The notes under the pieces: generated by a model
The model's database searches: none
Told to the model about the DNA's origin: nothing
The model's input: the letters and a program-made list of their open reading frames with translations, nothing else
Part shown: piece by piece, positions 28,374 through 38,517 of the stretch
Numbering within the stretch: position 1 is the stretch's first letter
How the letters are laid out: each line of letters begins with the position of its first letter
Translations under genes and position numbers: made by a program
Virus record (IMG/VR): IMGVR_UViG_3300009068_000023
Reading direction: 5' to 3' (one strand)
Source of the DNA: a virus
DNA: 64,000 nucleotides

Positions 28374-29838
28374 TATAGTCATAGAAAAAATTAATGATGC
28401 ATATATTAAAGCTCATTGCGATCAAAGTATAGCGCAAGAGCTGAGTGACTATTTTACGTTTGTAGTACCGGGTGCAGACCATATTAAAAGAGCACGTGCA
28501 AAGAAGACTGGCAGACCTATTAGATGGGATGGCAAGATTCGTCTTTTTAGTGCGGCAACACATCGCATTCATGCAGGCTTAAGATTACATCTAGAGCTAT
28601 TTGCAAGAGAAAATAACTATACAGTAGATTACGAAAATAGAGAAGATTTTCTCGAATCAGAATTTTCAGTAGACGAAGCAAACGAATTTATTTCATCTTT
28701 AAAACTAACGCTTCAGCCTAGAGACTATCAAATAGAAGCGTTTGTTCATGCAGTGCGCAATAAAAGAGCTCTTCTATTATCTCCGACCGCATCCGGTAAA
28801 TCATTAATCATATATTTACTCTCTAGATACTTCTATGAGAGCGGTAAAGTGCTGGTGGTAGTACCTACTACTTCACTAGTACATCAGATGGCATCTGACT
28901 TCGGTGAATATAGCGGTATAAACAGCGATAAGTTCTGCCATAAGATTCTTTCTGGAGCAGAAAAAGAATCAAGCATGCCATTCGTTATATCGACCTGGCA
29001 ATCAATCTACAAGATGCCAGCCGAATGGTTTGAGCAGTTTAAGGTTGTAGTAGGGGATGAAGCGCACTTGTTTAAAGCAGACAGCCTTTCATCTATAATG
29101 AATAAGCTAGTAGATTGCCCTATACGTTTTGGCTTTACAGGTACACTAGACGGCTCACAAACACACAAGCTAGTATTAGAAGGTTTGTTTGGACCAGTCA
29201 AGAAGATCACTACAACTGCAGAACTTATAGAACAAAAGCACCTTGCAGACTTTAAGATTAAGGCATTAATTCTTACATATCCGGAACTTATTAGACAGCA
29301 GTTTAAAGGTCTATCGTACCAAGACGAAATAGACTATATAGTTAGATGTGAGCCAAGAAATAGGTTTATAGTTAATCTAACACGCTCTCTTAAAGGCAAT
29401 ACGCTATTATTATTCCAATACGTTGAAAAGCATGGAGATGTGTTATACAATATGCTGAAAGGGGATAATGTATTCTTCGTCTCCGGATCGGTAAAGGGTG
29501 AAATAAGAGAAGATATTAGACGAGCAGTAGAAGAGTGTGATGATGCTATTATTATCGCTTCTTACGGTACCTTTTCAACTGGAGTAAATATTAAAAATCT
29601 GCACAACGTCGTATTCGCAAGCCCTACAAAGTCCCGCATTAGAAACCTACAATCGATAGGGCGTGGCTTGAGAAAGGGAGATAAGAAAACATCCGCCGTG
29701 CTTTATGATATTGCTGACGATTTGTCCTGGAAGTCAAGAAAAAACTTTACTTTGTTACATTTTGCAGAAAGACTAAAGATCTATAACGAAGAAAGATTTA
29801 GTTATAAAACATATAATATAGGACTAAATTTCGTATGA
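28363..29838 (+). CDS. uvsW: SF2 DNA helicase
   Basis: PRDYQ, SPTASGKS, DEAH, TGT, QSIGRGLR. Confidence 0.95.
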   Translation: MVPDIVIEKINDAYIKAHCDQSIAQELSDYFTFVVPGADHIKRARAKKTGRPIRWDGKIRLFSAATHRIHAGLRLHLELFARENNYTVDYENREDFLESEFSVDEANEFISSLKLTLQPRDYQIEAFVHAVRNKRALLLSPTASGKSLIIYLLSRYFYESGKVLVVVPTTSLVHQMASDFGEYSGINSDKFCHKILSGAEKESSMPFVISTWQSIYKMPAEWFEQFKVVVGDEAHLFKADSLSSIMNKLVDCPIRFGFTGTLDGSQTHKLVLEGLFGPVKKITTTAELIEQKHLADFKIKALILTYPELIRQQFKGLSYQDEIDYIVRCEPRNRFIVNLTRSLKGNTLLLFQYVEKHGDVLYNMLKGDNVFFVSGSVKGEIREDIRRAVEECDDAIIIASYGTFSTGVNIKNLHNVVFASPTKSRIRNLQSIGRGLRKGDKKTSAVLYDIADDLSWKSRKNFTLLHFAERLKIYNEERFSYKTYNIGLNFV

Positions 29839-30239
29839 ATACACTCCTTATCAAACTAGTAGACGGAACCGAAGTTATTGGTAGCATTAACAATAATTCC
29901 GACGGTGGTGTAACTATTACCGATCCGCTACAAGTAAACTACTATGTAAGAAACCCCGCATCAGCGCCTATCATTACATTGCATCGCTATATGCCTATGT
30001 CAGACCAGAAGGAGTATAGCTTTTTACAATCTCATATTCTCTCAGTTGCTAATCCTAAGAAGGGCATGATTGAATATTATCGAGCGACATTAAAGGATAT
30101 AACTAATAACTTTGATTTTGATCTTAATAACGAACTTATGGAGAAGGCAGCATATGCTACCGAACTGACTGATAATGTCTCGAAAGAAGTAGCTGAGGCT
30201 TTGTTAGAAAAGGTGCTTAAGAAGCCGCTAATTAACTAA
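29835..30239 (+). CDS. Conserved T4-like hypothetical protein (Sm-like fold likely)
   Basis: IKLVDGTEVIG N-terminus; usual position between uvsW and gp55. Confidence 0.6.
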   Translation: MNTLLIKLVDGTEVIGSINNNSDGGVTITDPLQVNYYVRNPASAPIITLHRYMPMSDQKEYSFLQSHILSVANPKKGMIEYYRATLKDITNNFDFDLNNELMEKAAYATELTDNVSKEVAEALLEKVLKKPLIN

Positions 30240-30814
30240 TGAAAGATAAAACGCACTATGTAGATAATAAAAAGCTTCTTGAAGCGATGGTTGAGTATAA
30301 AGCAAAGGTTGACGAAGCAAAAGCTAATAACGTACTCAAGCCTCAGATACCGACGTATATCGGCCACTGTATGCTTATGATAGCTAGAAGGCTTTCTCAC
30401 AAACCTAACTTTATTAACTATCCGTATAGAGAAGAGATGATTAGCGATGGGGTAGAGAATTGCGTAAGTTATATTGATAACTTTGACCCTAATAAATCTA
30501 ACAATCCGTTCTCATACTTTACTCAAATTATCTACTTTGCGTTTTTGCGTAGAATTCTTAAAGAGAAGAAGCAGCTTTATATTAAGCATAAGTCCTTAGA
30601 AAATAGTATTGTATTTAATATGGCAGTAGATCAAAATGACTTCGATGATAACGACTATACATCATCAGCTGTATCAGATTTAGAAAACGAAAACATGAAT
30701 GACTTTATTAAGAATTTTGAGCTTAATCTTAGCAAGAAAAAGATCAAGCGCAAGAAGGGTGTTGAAGTTTTTATAGAGGATGAGGCTCCCATTGAAAATA
30801 GCGATAGTAACTGA
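30239..30814 (+). CDS. gp55: Late transcription sigma factor
   Basis: HYVDNKKLL...KPNFINYPYREEMISDGVENC...NPFSYFTQIIYFAFLRRI. Confidence 0.96.
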   Translation: MKDKTHYVDNKKLLEAMVEYKAKVDEAKANNVLKPQIPTYIGHCMLMIARRLSHKPNFINYPYREEMISDGVENCVSYIDNFDPNKSNNPFSYFTQIIYFAFLRRILKEKKQLYIKHKSLENSIVFNMAVDQNDFDDNDYTSSAVSDLENENMNDFIKNFELNLSKKKIKRKKGVEVFIEDEAPIENSDSN

Positions 30815-31862
30815 TACACATTATGGTGCAAGAGGCGATAGCGTACACTTTTCAAACTACTTTGAAAGATTTTATAGTAGCGTTTTCTTCCCGTACCTAG
30901 ACGAAAATAATATTAGTACTGTACTACATCTTGGTGATGTATTCGACAGACGTAAGTATATTAACTTTGCATCACTAAAAGCATGCCGTGATTATTTCTT
31001 TGAGCAGTTAAAGAAAAGAAATATCGATACGCATATGATTGCAGGTAATCATGATACGTTCTATAAGAACACGAACGAAGTAAATGCACTAGATCTGTTG
31101 CTTGGTGAATACGATAATATTAAAGTTTACGATACACCTCAAGATGTTGCTTTTGACGGAACTGATATCCTAATGATGCCGTGGATATGCTCAGGCAACT
31201 ACCAAGACTGCATGAGAGCAATCGACAATACCAAAGCACAAATTCTATTCGGCCACCTAGAGATTAGTGGCTTTGAAATGTATAGAGGCAGTATTAATGA
31301 CGGCGGTATGGATAGCGTTACGTTTAGTAAGTTCGATCTAGTATGTTCAGGGCACTTCCACCACCGCTCATCAAGAAATAATATTAACTATCTTGGTACG
31401 CCTTATGAAATTACTTGGTCTGACTTTAACGACCAAAAAGGATTTCATATATTTGATACCGATACAAGAGAGCTTAAATTTATTCCTAACCCTCTGACGA
31501 TGTTTAGAAAAGTCTTCTATGATGATTTGAATAAGAATGCTGCTGAAGTTATCGTAGATGATTTTAGCGCTTACACTAATTGTTATGTTAAGGTGATTGT
31601 TAAAAACAAAACTAACCCTATGTGGTTTGATATGTTTATTGAGAAGCTAGAAAAAGCAAACATATTAGATATCCAGGTAGTAGAAGACCACCTGAATCTA
31701 GATCTCGAAGATGACGATGATATCATTAATGAAGCAGAAGATACTTTATCTATTCTGAACAAGTATGTGGATCAATTTGATGCAGAAGTCGACAAAGTAA
31801 AGCTTGAAAATCTACTTAGAACGCTTTATAATGAGGCAGTCTCCATTGAGTATACTATCTAA
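30792..31862 (+). CDS. gp47: Recombination endonuclease subunit (Mre11/SbcD-like)
   Basis: DTHYG, LGDVFDRRK, GNHD, GHL, SGHFH; likely TTG start. Confidence 0.95.
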   Translation: MKIAIVTDTHYGARGDSVHFSNYFERFYSSVFFPYLDENNISTVLHLGDVFDRRKYINFASLKACRDYFFEQLKKRNIDTHMIAGNHDTFYKNTNEVNALDLLLGEYDNIKVYDTPQDVAFDGTDILMMPWICSGNYQDCMRAIDNTKAQILFGHLEISGFEMYRGSINDGGMDSVTFSKFDLVCSGHFHHRSSRNNINYLGTPYEITWSDFNDQKGFHIFDTDTRELKFIPNPLTMFRKVFYDDLNKNAAEVIVDDFSAYTNCYVKVIVKNKTNPMWFDMFIEKLEKANILDIQVVEDHLNLDLEDDDDIINEAEDTLSILNKYVDQFDAEVDKVKLENLLRTLYNEAVSIEYTI

Positions 31863-33577
31863 TGATTTTATTTAAAAATATACGCTGGAAAAACTTCTTA
31901 TCTACTGGTAACGCGTTTACTGAGATTGACTTTCTACGCAACCGTTCAACGCTTATTGTCGGTGAGAATGGTGCTGGAAAGTCTACTCTTCTTGACGCTC
32001 TTTGCTTTGTTCTTTACGGTCGCCCGTTTCGTAAAATTAACAAGCCACAGCTTCTTAACACTATCAATGGTAAGGGGTTAGAAGTACAGTTAGAGTTTAC
32101 TATCGGTAAGCATGACTATAAAGTCGTTCGAGGCATGAAGCCCAACGTCTTTGAAATCTATCAAAACGGCAATATCATTAATCAGAATGCAGAGTCAAGA
32201 GAATATCAAGAGATGTTCGAGAAAAGCATTCTGAAGCTTAACTATAAATCTTTCTCTCAAATTGTTATTCTTGGTAGTGCATCGTTCGTACCGTTCATGC
32301 AACTACCTGCAGCTCATCGCCGAGAAGTTATTGAAGATCTGTTAGACATACAAATCTTCTCGACTATGAATACTCTGCTCAAAGATAAGATTGCAGTTAA
32401 TAAAGCAGACATAGTTGATAATGATTTTAAGATAAAGAGTATTGCTGAGAAGATTGAACTGCATAAGAAGTATCTTGAGTCGTTGAAGCAAAACAACGAC
32501 GAGATTATTAATGAAAAGCTAGCTATTATAAAGACTCATGAGGAAGGCATTAATGAGTCGCAGCTTACTATTAATGAGCTCACTACACAGATTAATGAGC
32601 TGGATAGTGAAACCAGTCAGATAGAAACCCTACGTACGGAAGATAGAGATATTCGAGAACTCTATCGTAAGATGTATGAGAAGTCAGTAACACTTATTAA
32701 AGAAAATAGTTTCTATAACGACAACGACAATTGCCCTACTTGTAAGCAAGGCATCTCAGATAATTTTAAGTGTGAGTCGAAGCAAAAGAACGACGATGAC
32801 ATATCAGTTATTGGTAGAGGCTTATCAAAGCTAGACAAAAAGCTTGCTATTATCAATGAAAAGATCGCAGCATACAACGAATCGCTTACAGTTCAGAAGA
32901 ACCTGCAGCAGAAGGTAAACGAGCTTAACAATAAGATATCTACGCTTAATATGTTTATTACGTCTCTTAACAATGAGATAGAACAGATTAAGTCTAATAC
33001 TAAGCATATTGATGCTAGCTCAAAGGAAATTAAAACTCTAAGAGAAGATCTTAAAGTTAGAATTGACCTAAAGGAATCGTTAGTTGACGATAGGCATACG
33101 TTGAGTACTGCTGCTATTCTACTTAAAGATTCTGGTATTAAGACCAAAATTATTAAGCAGTATATTCCAGTAATTAACAAGCTGATTAATAAGTATCTTG
33201 CATCAATGGACTTTTTCGTTAACTTTGAACTTAACGAAAACTTTGAAGAATCTATTAAGTCGAGGTTTAGAGATGAATTTAGCTATGAATCGTTTAGTGA
33301 AGGCGAAAAGATGCGTATCGACTTGGCTCTACTATTTACCTGGAGAGCTATTGCAAAACTTCGCAATTCTGCTAGTACTAACCTTCTTATCCTTGATGAA
33401 GTTTTCGATAGCAGCTTAGATGTTTCGGGTACGGATGAATTCTTAAAGATTATTCAGGGCATTACAGGTGAAACGAATATCTTTATTATTAGCCATAAGG
33501 GCGATGCCTTGATGGATAAGTTCCATTCCGTTATTAAATTTGAAAAACATAAGAACTTCTCAAGAATTGCTAATTAA
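31862..33577 (+). CDS. gp46: Recombination ATPase subunit (Rad50/SbcC-like)
   Basis: GENGAGKS, CPTC zinc hook, FSEGEK signature, LILDEVFD. Confidence 0.96.
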   Translation: MILFKNIRWKNFLSTGNAFTEIDFLRNRSTLIVGENGAGKSTLLDALCFVLYGRPFRKINKPQLLNTINGKGLEVQLEFTIGKHDYKVVRGMKPNVFEIYQNGNIINQNAESREYQEMFEKSILKLNYKSFSQIVILGSASFVPFMQLPAAHRREVIEDLLDIQIFSTMNTLLKDKIAVNKADIVDNDFKIKSIAEKIELHKKYLESLKQNNDEIINEKLAIIKTHEEGINESQLTINELTTQINELDSETSQIETLRTEDRDIRELYRKMYEKSVTLIKENSFYNDNDNCPTCKQGISDNFKCESKQKNDDDISVIGRGLSKLDKKLAIINEKIAAYNESLTVQKNLQQKVNELNNKISTLNMFITSLNNEIEQIKSNTKHIDASSKEIKTLREDLKVRIDLKESLVDDRHTLSTAAILLKDSGIKTKIIKQYIPVINKLINKYLASMDFFVNFELNENFEESIKSRFRDEFSYESFSEGEKMRIDLALLFTWRAIAKLRNSASTNLLILDEVFDSSLDVSGTDEFLKIIQGITGETNIFIISHKGDALMDKFHSVIKFEKHKNFSRIAN

Positions 33578-33581
33578 CATT

Positions 33582-34259
33582 ATGAATAATCAAAATATAG
33601 ATTTAAAGTATATTAATTTAACCATTAACAACGAAGTTCACAAAAAATTTTGGCCTTCAGATGATAAAATTTGTTTAAATGTTATAAGCAAAGATCTAGA
33701 CAAATTTATACCGTTTATTGAAAAATTAAAAAATAAAAATGTAGTAGTTCAAGCAGGTGGTAATTGTGGACTATATCCTTTTATTTTATCTTTCTTTTTT
33801 AAAAAGGTAATAACATTTGAGCCTATTTTCTTTCTTTTTCATGTATTAACTTTAAATTGCAACCGAACCAACATCTATAAATTTAATTGTGCATTAAGTG
33901 ATGAAGGTGGATTTACAAATATGAGTAATCCACAAGAAATTAATGTAGGCACATTTAAACTTGATTCTTCTTCTAACAACACTACTATCATTAAAACGTC
34001 TCTGGATTCTTTAAATTTAGAAGAAGTAGATTTTTTAATGCTGGATGTAGAAGGTCATGAAATGGAAGTTCTTAAAGGAGCAGAGCAAACAATAAGCAGA
34101 TGTAATCCTGTAGTATTAGTAGAAACGTCACCAGATACACATGATCGTGTTATAGAGTATTTTAAGGCAAAAAAATATACAATTGAACACACTTTTAATC
34201 CTTATGTTTCTTCGTGCAATATTCTATTGACACCTTCTAACTATAAAAAGAAAAAATGA
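33582..34259 (+). CDS. FkbM-family methyltransferase
   Basis: VVQAGGNCG, TFEP, LMLDVEGHEMEVLKGA; start placed at ATG 33582. Confidence 0.8.
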   Translation: MNNQNIDLKYINLTINNEVHKKFWPSDDKICLNVISKDLDKFIPFIEKLKNKNVVVQAGGNCGLYPFILSFFFKKVITFEPIFFLFHVLTLNCNRTNIYKFNCALSDEGGFTNMSNPQEINVGTFKLDSSSNNTTIIKTSLDSLNLEEVDFLMLDVEGHEMEVLKGAEQTISRCNPVVLVETSPDTHDRVIEYFKAKKYTIEHTFNPYVSSCNILLTPSNYKKKK

Positions 34260-34780
34260 TACTTGACTTAATTAGCCCTGATCATCCATTACTCAGAACA
34301 AAGTTAGAGAAATTTAACTTTAATAACCCACCTATTAATCCTATAGAATTAGTCAACAATCTTATTGAGACTATGGTAAAGGAAAAGGGAATGGGGTTGT
34401 CTGCTAATCAGGTAGGTCTACCATACCGAGTATTTGTTTTGTATTCTGCAGAACCTATGCCAATGTTTAATCCTACCATTGTAGATACGACTACTGAATT
34501 GGTTCTTTTGGATGAAGGTTGCCTATCATATCCTAATCTATTCTTACCGATCAAGAGATCAAAGTCAGTTAAAGTCCGCTACCAGGATGCATTCGGTGAA
34601 TACCATACAGAGACCTATACAGGTATGACTGCACGTTGCATTCAGCATGAGCTTGATCATTTAAACGGGGTAGATTATACTAAGAGAGCTAATCCTATTC
34701 ACCTTGCAAGGGCTAAGAATCAAAAGAAGCTCCTAGATCGCAAAGTAAAGAAGTTTAAGCACCTTACACAAGCTATATAA
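34256..34780 (+). CDS. def: Peptide deformylase
   Basis: GMGLSANQVG, EGCLS, QHELDHLNG. Confidence 0.95.
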   Translation: MILDLISPDHPLLRTKLEKFNFNNPPINPIELVNNLIETMVKEKGMGLSANQVGLPYRVFVLYSAEPMPMFNPTIVDTTTELVLLDEGCLSYPNLFLPIKRSKSVKVRYQDAFGEYHTETYTGMTARCIQHELDHLNGVDYTKRANPIHLARAKNQKKLLDRKVKKFKHLTQAI

Positions 34781-34817
34781 TTTACCGTGCCCTTCCACGT
34801 ATAACTAGGAGTGATGA

Positions 34818-35675
34818 ATGTCAAAGATTAAAGTCGCAGAGCTTTTCTATAGCCTGCAAGGAGAAGGGCGCTATGTTGGTGTGCCTTCTATCTTCCTAAG
34901 AACTTTCGGTTGTAACTTTCAATGCGCCGGTTTCGGCATGCCTATAGGACAACTTAGTGATGAGAGAAATAATGTCGCTGTTCATGTTTCTAATTACAAC
35001 AACTACGAAGAGCTTCCTCTCGTTCATACTGGATGTGACTCTTACGCTAGTTGGGATCCTCGTTTTAAGCATCTTAGCCCTGTACGATCTACTGACGAAA
35101 TCGCCGAAAAGATTTTTGAGCTTCTTCCAGAACATAAGTGGAAAAAAGAACACCTAGTTATTACGGGCGGAGAACCTCTTCTAGGATGGCAGCGTTCGTT
35201 TCCAGACCTCATTAAGAGAGGCGACTTTATCTATAATCTTGAAAATCTTACATTTGAAACTAACGGTACGCAACCATTAACAGACGACTTTAGGTACTTT
35301 CTGTTTGAGGAGTTTACAAGATTTGGGCGTAGTTTTGATCGACTCACATTCTCAGTATCACCTAAGCTACCTTGCTCTGGAGAAAAATGGGAAGATGCTA
35401 TCAAGCCAGAAGTTATTCACGATTATCAAGGCATCGGTCATACCTACCTCAAGTTTGTAGTAGCAACAGAACAGGATGTAGAAGACGCAAAGAAAGCTGT
35501 CAAGGAATATAAAGACGAAGGCTTTTGCGGAGATGTATATCTGATGCCAGTGGGCGGTACCGAAGATGTATATTACTTAAACAACAAGCAAGTCGCTGAA
35601 CATGCTATGAAGCTAGGATGGAGATATTCCCCGCGACTGCAAGTAGATATTTGGAGAAACGCATGGGGGACATGA
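34818..35675 (+). CDS. queE: 7-carboxy-7-deazaguanine synthase (radical SAM)
   Basis: ELFYSLQGEG...FLRTFGCNFQC...GCDS (split CxxxC..C), ITGGEP, ETNGT, SPK. Confidence 0.92.
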   Translation: MSKIKVAELFYSLQGEGRYVGVPSIFLRTFGCNFQCAGFGMPIGQLSDERNNVAVHVSNYNNYEELPLVHTGCDSYASWDPRFKHLSPVRSTDEIAEKIFELLPEHKWKKEHLVITGGEPLLGWQRSFPDLIKRGDFIYNLENLTFETNGTQPLTDDFRYFLFEEFTRFGRSFDRLTFSVSPKLPCSGEKWEDAIKPEVIHDYQGIGHTYLKFVVATEQDVEDAKKAVKEYKDEGFCGDVYLMPVGGTEDVYYLNNKQVAEHAMKLGWRYSPRLQVDIWRNAWGT

Positions 35676-36097
35676 GCACCTATGACTTTACTTACGATAT
35701 GTTTAACGAAGCAATCGATAACATTGTTCGTCAAGTAAATAATAAAAAAATCAAATACAACTATATCGTTGGTCTTACAAGAGGCGGTTTAATTCCTGCT
35801 ACGGTTCTTAGCCATAGACTTAAAGTGCCTATGCTTGCAAGTAACTGGGATACCGATAGAAAGAAGCCTTCGCTTACGCTAATGGACATCTTGGATAATC
35901 CAAGAAATAAAGTACTATTAGTAGATGAAATATTGGATACCGGCAAGACGATACAGACATTTATGGAAATACATGGCAAGACCGATGTTGCGGTTGTTGT
36001 ATGGAATAAGGAACAACCAGTTATTCCAGACTATCATCATATGACAATAAAGCGTTCAGAGTTTTCTGATTGGATTGAATTTTGGTGGGAGAAGTAA
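35672..36097 (+). CDS. Type I phosphoribosyltransferase (Gpt-like)
   Basis: VGLTRGGLIP, PRPP loop VLLVDEILDTGKT, C-terminal WIEFWWE; ATG overlaps the queE stop. Confidence 0.85.
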   Translation: MSTYDFTYDMFNEAIDNIVRQVNNKKIKYNYIVGLTRGGLIPATVLSHRLKVPMLASNWDTDRKKPSLTLMDILDNPRNKVLLVDEILDTGKTIQTFMEIHGKTDVAVVVWNKEQPVIPDYHHMTIKRSEFSDWIEFWWEK

Positions 36098-36098
36098 A

Positions 36099-36566
36099 AT
36101 GGGAAAGTTTTATAGTACAAAGACATACGGAAATGATCGAGGTCTAAGCTGCTGCTTTAGACAATGGAAAAGCACTCATAGCCATTGCAGTTTGTTGCAT
36201 GGGTATTCTATTGGTGTGCATGTTACGTTCGAATGCGATAGCTTAGATGAACGCAACTGGGTTATGGATTTTGGTGGGCTGAAAGAGTTTAAAGAATGGC
36301 TTGAGTATATGTTCGACCATACTTTGATTCTAGCAGAGGATGATCCTGAGCTTAATACTCTGAAGCAATTGCACAGTATGGGTGTTGCAGATGTTAGAGT
36401 AGTACCCGGTGTAGGTTGTGAGCGTTTTGCTGAGCTGGCCTATAATCAACTAGCATTAATGCTTGATGATTGGAGAGAAAATGGCACTCTATTGAATCCT
36501 ACAGTTCGCGTTAAGTCAGTAGAAGTATTTGAGCATGCAGGTAACTCGGCATTTTATGAAGGCTAA
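36099..36566 (+). CDS. queD: 6-carboxytetrahydropterin synthase
   Basis: HCSLLHGY, WVMDFG, FDHT, VEVFEH. Confidence 0.9.
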   Translation: MGKFYSTKTYGNDRGLSCCFRQWKSTHSHCSLLHGYSIGVHVTFECDSLDERNWVMDFGGLKEFKEWLEYMFDHTLILAEDDPELNTLKQLHSMGVADVRVVPGVGCERFAELAYNQLALMLDDWRENGTLLNPTVRVKSVEVFEHAGNSAFYEG

Positions 36567-36568
36567 TA

Positions 36569-37249
36569 ATGAAATATACTGAAATATTGCGTAATAAACT
36601 CATTAACAACAAATTAAGGTACTGGGCCGGTGATAATATTTCCTCAATTCTCAATGATGCAGATCGTCAGGTTATTGTTGAAGAAGCTACAAAAGCGTTT
36701 GAAGGAGTACTGGATGCTCTGCTCATTGACCGGGAAAATGACCCCAACTCAAAAGGAACGGCAAAAAGACTAGCCAAGATGTATGTACATGAGATTATGT
36801 CGGGTAGATATTATCCAGCACCTGATGCAACTGCATTTCCTAATATTGGTGAAGAAGCCTATAAAGGTATGCTCGTAGTTCGTTCGGAACTAAAGTCAAT
36901 GTGCTCGCATCATCATCAGCCAGTAACTGGAGTAGGCTATATTGGTATTATTCCAGGTGATAAGGTTATTGGTCTATCGAAGTATACTCGTATTGCTCAA
37001 TGGTGCGCACGTCGAGGCACTCTTCAAGAAGAATTGTGTAATGATATTGCTCGTGAGATTCGAAAAGCAACCGAAAGCAATAACGTTGCAGTATACTTAA
37101 AGCTTAAGCATGGTTGCTGTCAGAACCGTGGTATTAACGCGCACGATAGTACTACTCAAACTACAGTACTATACGGCGAATTTAATAACGCCGACGTCAA
37201 GAAAGAGTTCTTTGACAATATTCAAATTCAAGAACTAACTACTCGTTGA
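36569..37249 (+). CDS. folE: GTP cyclohydrolase I
   Basis: SMCSHHHQP, IGLSKYTRI, LQEE, HGCCQNRG. Confidence 0.95.
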   Translation: MKYTEILRNKLINNKLRYWAGDNISSILNDADRQVIVEEATKAFEGVLDALLIDRENDPNSKGTAKRLAKMYVHEIMSGRYYPAPDATAFPNIGEEAYKGMLVVRSELKSMCSHHHQPVTGVGYIGIIPGDKVIGLSKYTRIAQWCARRGTLQEELCNDIAREIRKATESNNVAVYLKLKHGCCQNRGINAHDSTTQTTVLYGEFNNADVKKEFFDNIQIQELTTR

Positions 37250-37300
37250 GCTAATATTGAAGTTATATTAATATATAATCTCCCTACTATATTATATTTT

Positions 37301-37732
37301 ATGTGGTATAAAAACTCTGAAGGTAGATACGGCGATTCCGGCCGCAAAGGTGATAGTGGCGAAAGCGTAGTCGAACGCTACCTTATCAAAAATAATATTC
37401 AGTATGTTAAGAAAGAGGATCCTTATAGCCAAGTAAAGCTTAAGATCGATTTTTTAGTAGACGATGTTCCTATGGATGTCAAGACGAACATCTATAAAGG
37501 ACACCTTGGAGTAGAAGTATATACTAACGATCTTAATGAAGGCTGGATTCATACTACCACAGCTAAAGAAATATATGGTGTAGACCTTATCTACGAAGGT
37601 ATCTACAAGTATAACGTTGATACTATGAGAAAGTATGTAATGAAAAACAAACACCGTGCAAAGCCTACTAAGCAAGGTGCTTACATACTCTGGGTGTCGA
37701 AGAATGAACCTTTTATCGAGAAACTGCAATGA
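37301..37732 (+). CDS. Putative PD-(D/E)XK nuclease
   Basis: GDSGE..VERYL...IDFLVD...DVKT pattern of the restriction-endonuclease fold. Confidence 0.55.
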   Translation: MWYKNSEGRYGDSGRKGDSGESVVERYLIKNNIQYVKKEDPYSQVKLKIDFLVDDVPMDVKTNIYKGHLGVEVYTNDLNEGWIHTTTAKEIYGVDLIYEGIYKYNVDTMRKYVMKNKHRAKPTKQGAYILWVSKNEPFIEKLQ

Positions 37733-38517
37733 AAATCGCTCACGAAGCCCCCTTAAGCATATTCAATAAAGTACAAGAAGTAACCGACTACGACTATGCC
37801 CTTGTACACCTTTTTGAAGAGAATGAAAAGTATTATGACTTCTTTGAGAAGGCTTTGCTTAAGAAGCGTGAGGTTATTCTAGACAATTCAGTCTTTGAAT
37901 TGGGTACTGCTTTCGATAAGGACAAGTATTATGGCTGGATTGAAAAGCTAGATCCGACCTATTATATTATTCCAGATGTACTAGAAGATGCACAGCAGAC
38001 TGTTAAGAATGTAAAAGACTGGCAGCAATTGCCTGGCAAGAAGACTATAGGTGTAGTCCAAGGCAAGAGCGTTCAAGAGGTAGTTTGGTGCTATCAAGAA
38101 ATTGAACCTCTAGTAGATAAGGTTGCTATTTCGTTTGATTATTCGTTCTTTATTAACGAAGAGATTAACGGTACTCTGCCTACCAAATATCATCACTACA
38201 TGTATGGTCGAGATGCGTTGATTAATTATATGCTTAATATTGCTAACGTAATTAATATTAATAAACCCCATCATCTACTAGGATGTGGTTTGCCTCAAGA
38301 GTTCGATGTATATCGAGGTTACAGCTGGATTGATTCTATGGATACGTCTAATCCAGTAGTTGCTGGTATCAAAGGTATTAGGTATAATGGTAAACATGGC
38401 TTAGAAGACAAGCCAACAGAAAAGCTTTTTACTCTAATTAACTCCGATGTAAACGATGAGCAGATGAGTAAAATTCTCTACAACATAGAATGTTTTAGGG
38501 CTATAGTTAATGGATAA
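37729..38517 (+). CDS. dpdA: TGT/DpdA-like transglycosylase (DpdA3-type)
   Basis: ILDNSVFE, IPDV, GVVQG, HLLG, DSMDTS TIM-barrel motifs inside a Que cluster. Confidence 0.72.
   Translation: MKIAHEAPLSIFNKVQEVTDYDYALVHLFEENEKYYDFFEKALLKKREVILDNSVFELGTAFDKDKYYGWIEKLDPTYYIIPDVLEDAQQTVKNVKDWQQLPGKKTIGVVQGKSVQEVVWCYQEIEPLVDKVAISFDYSFFINEEINGTLPTKYHHYMYGRDALINYMLNIANVININKPHHLLGCGLPQEFDVYRGYSWIDSMDTSNPVVAGIKGIRYNGKHGLEDKPTEKLFTLINSDVNDEQMSKILYNIECFRAIVNG

Noticed and set aside
34781-34817. Canonical preQ1-I riboswitch
   Set aside because: The 6-nt loop is too short and the A-rich tail is missing; kept only as an unassigned candidate.
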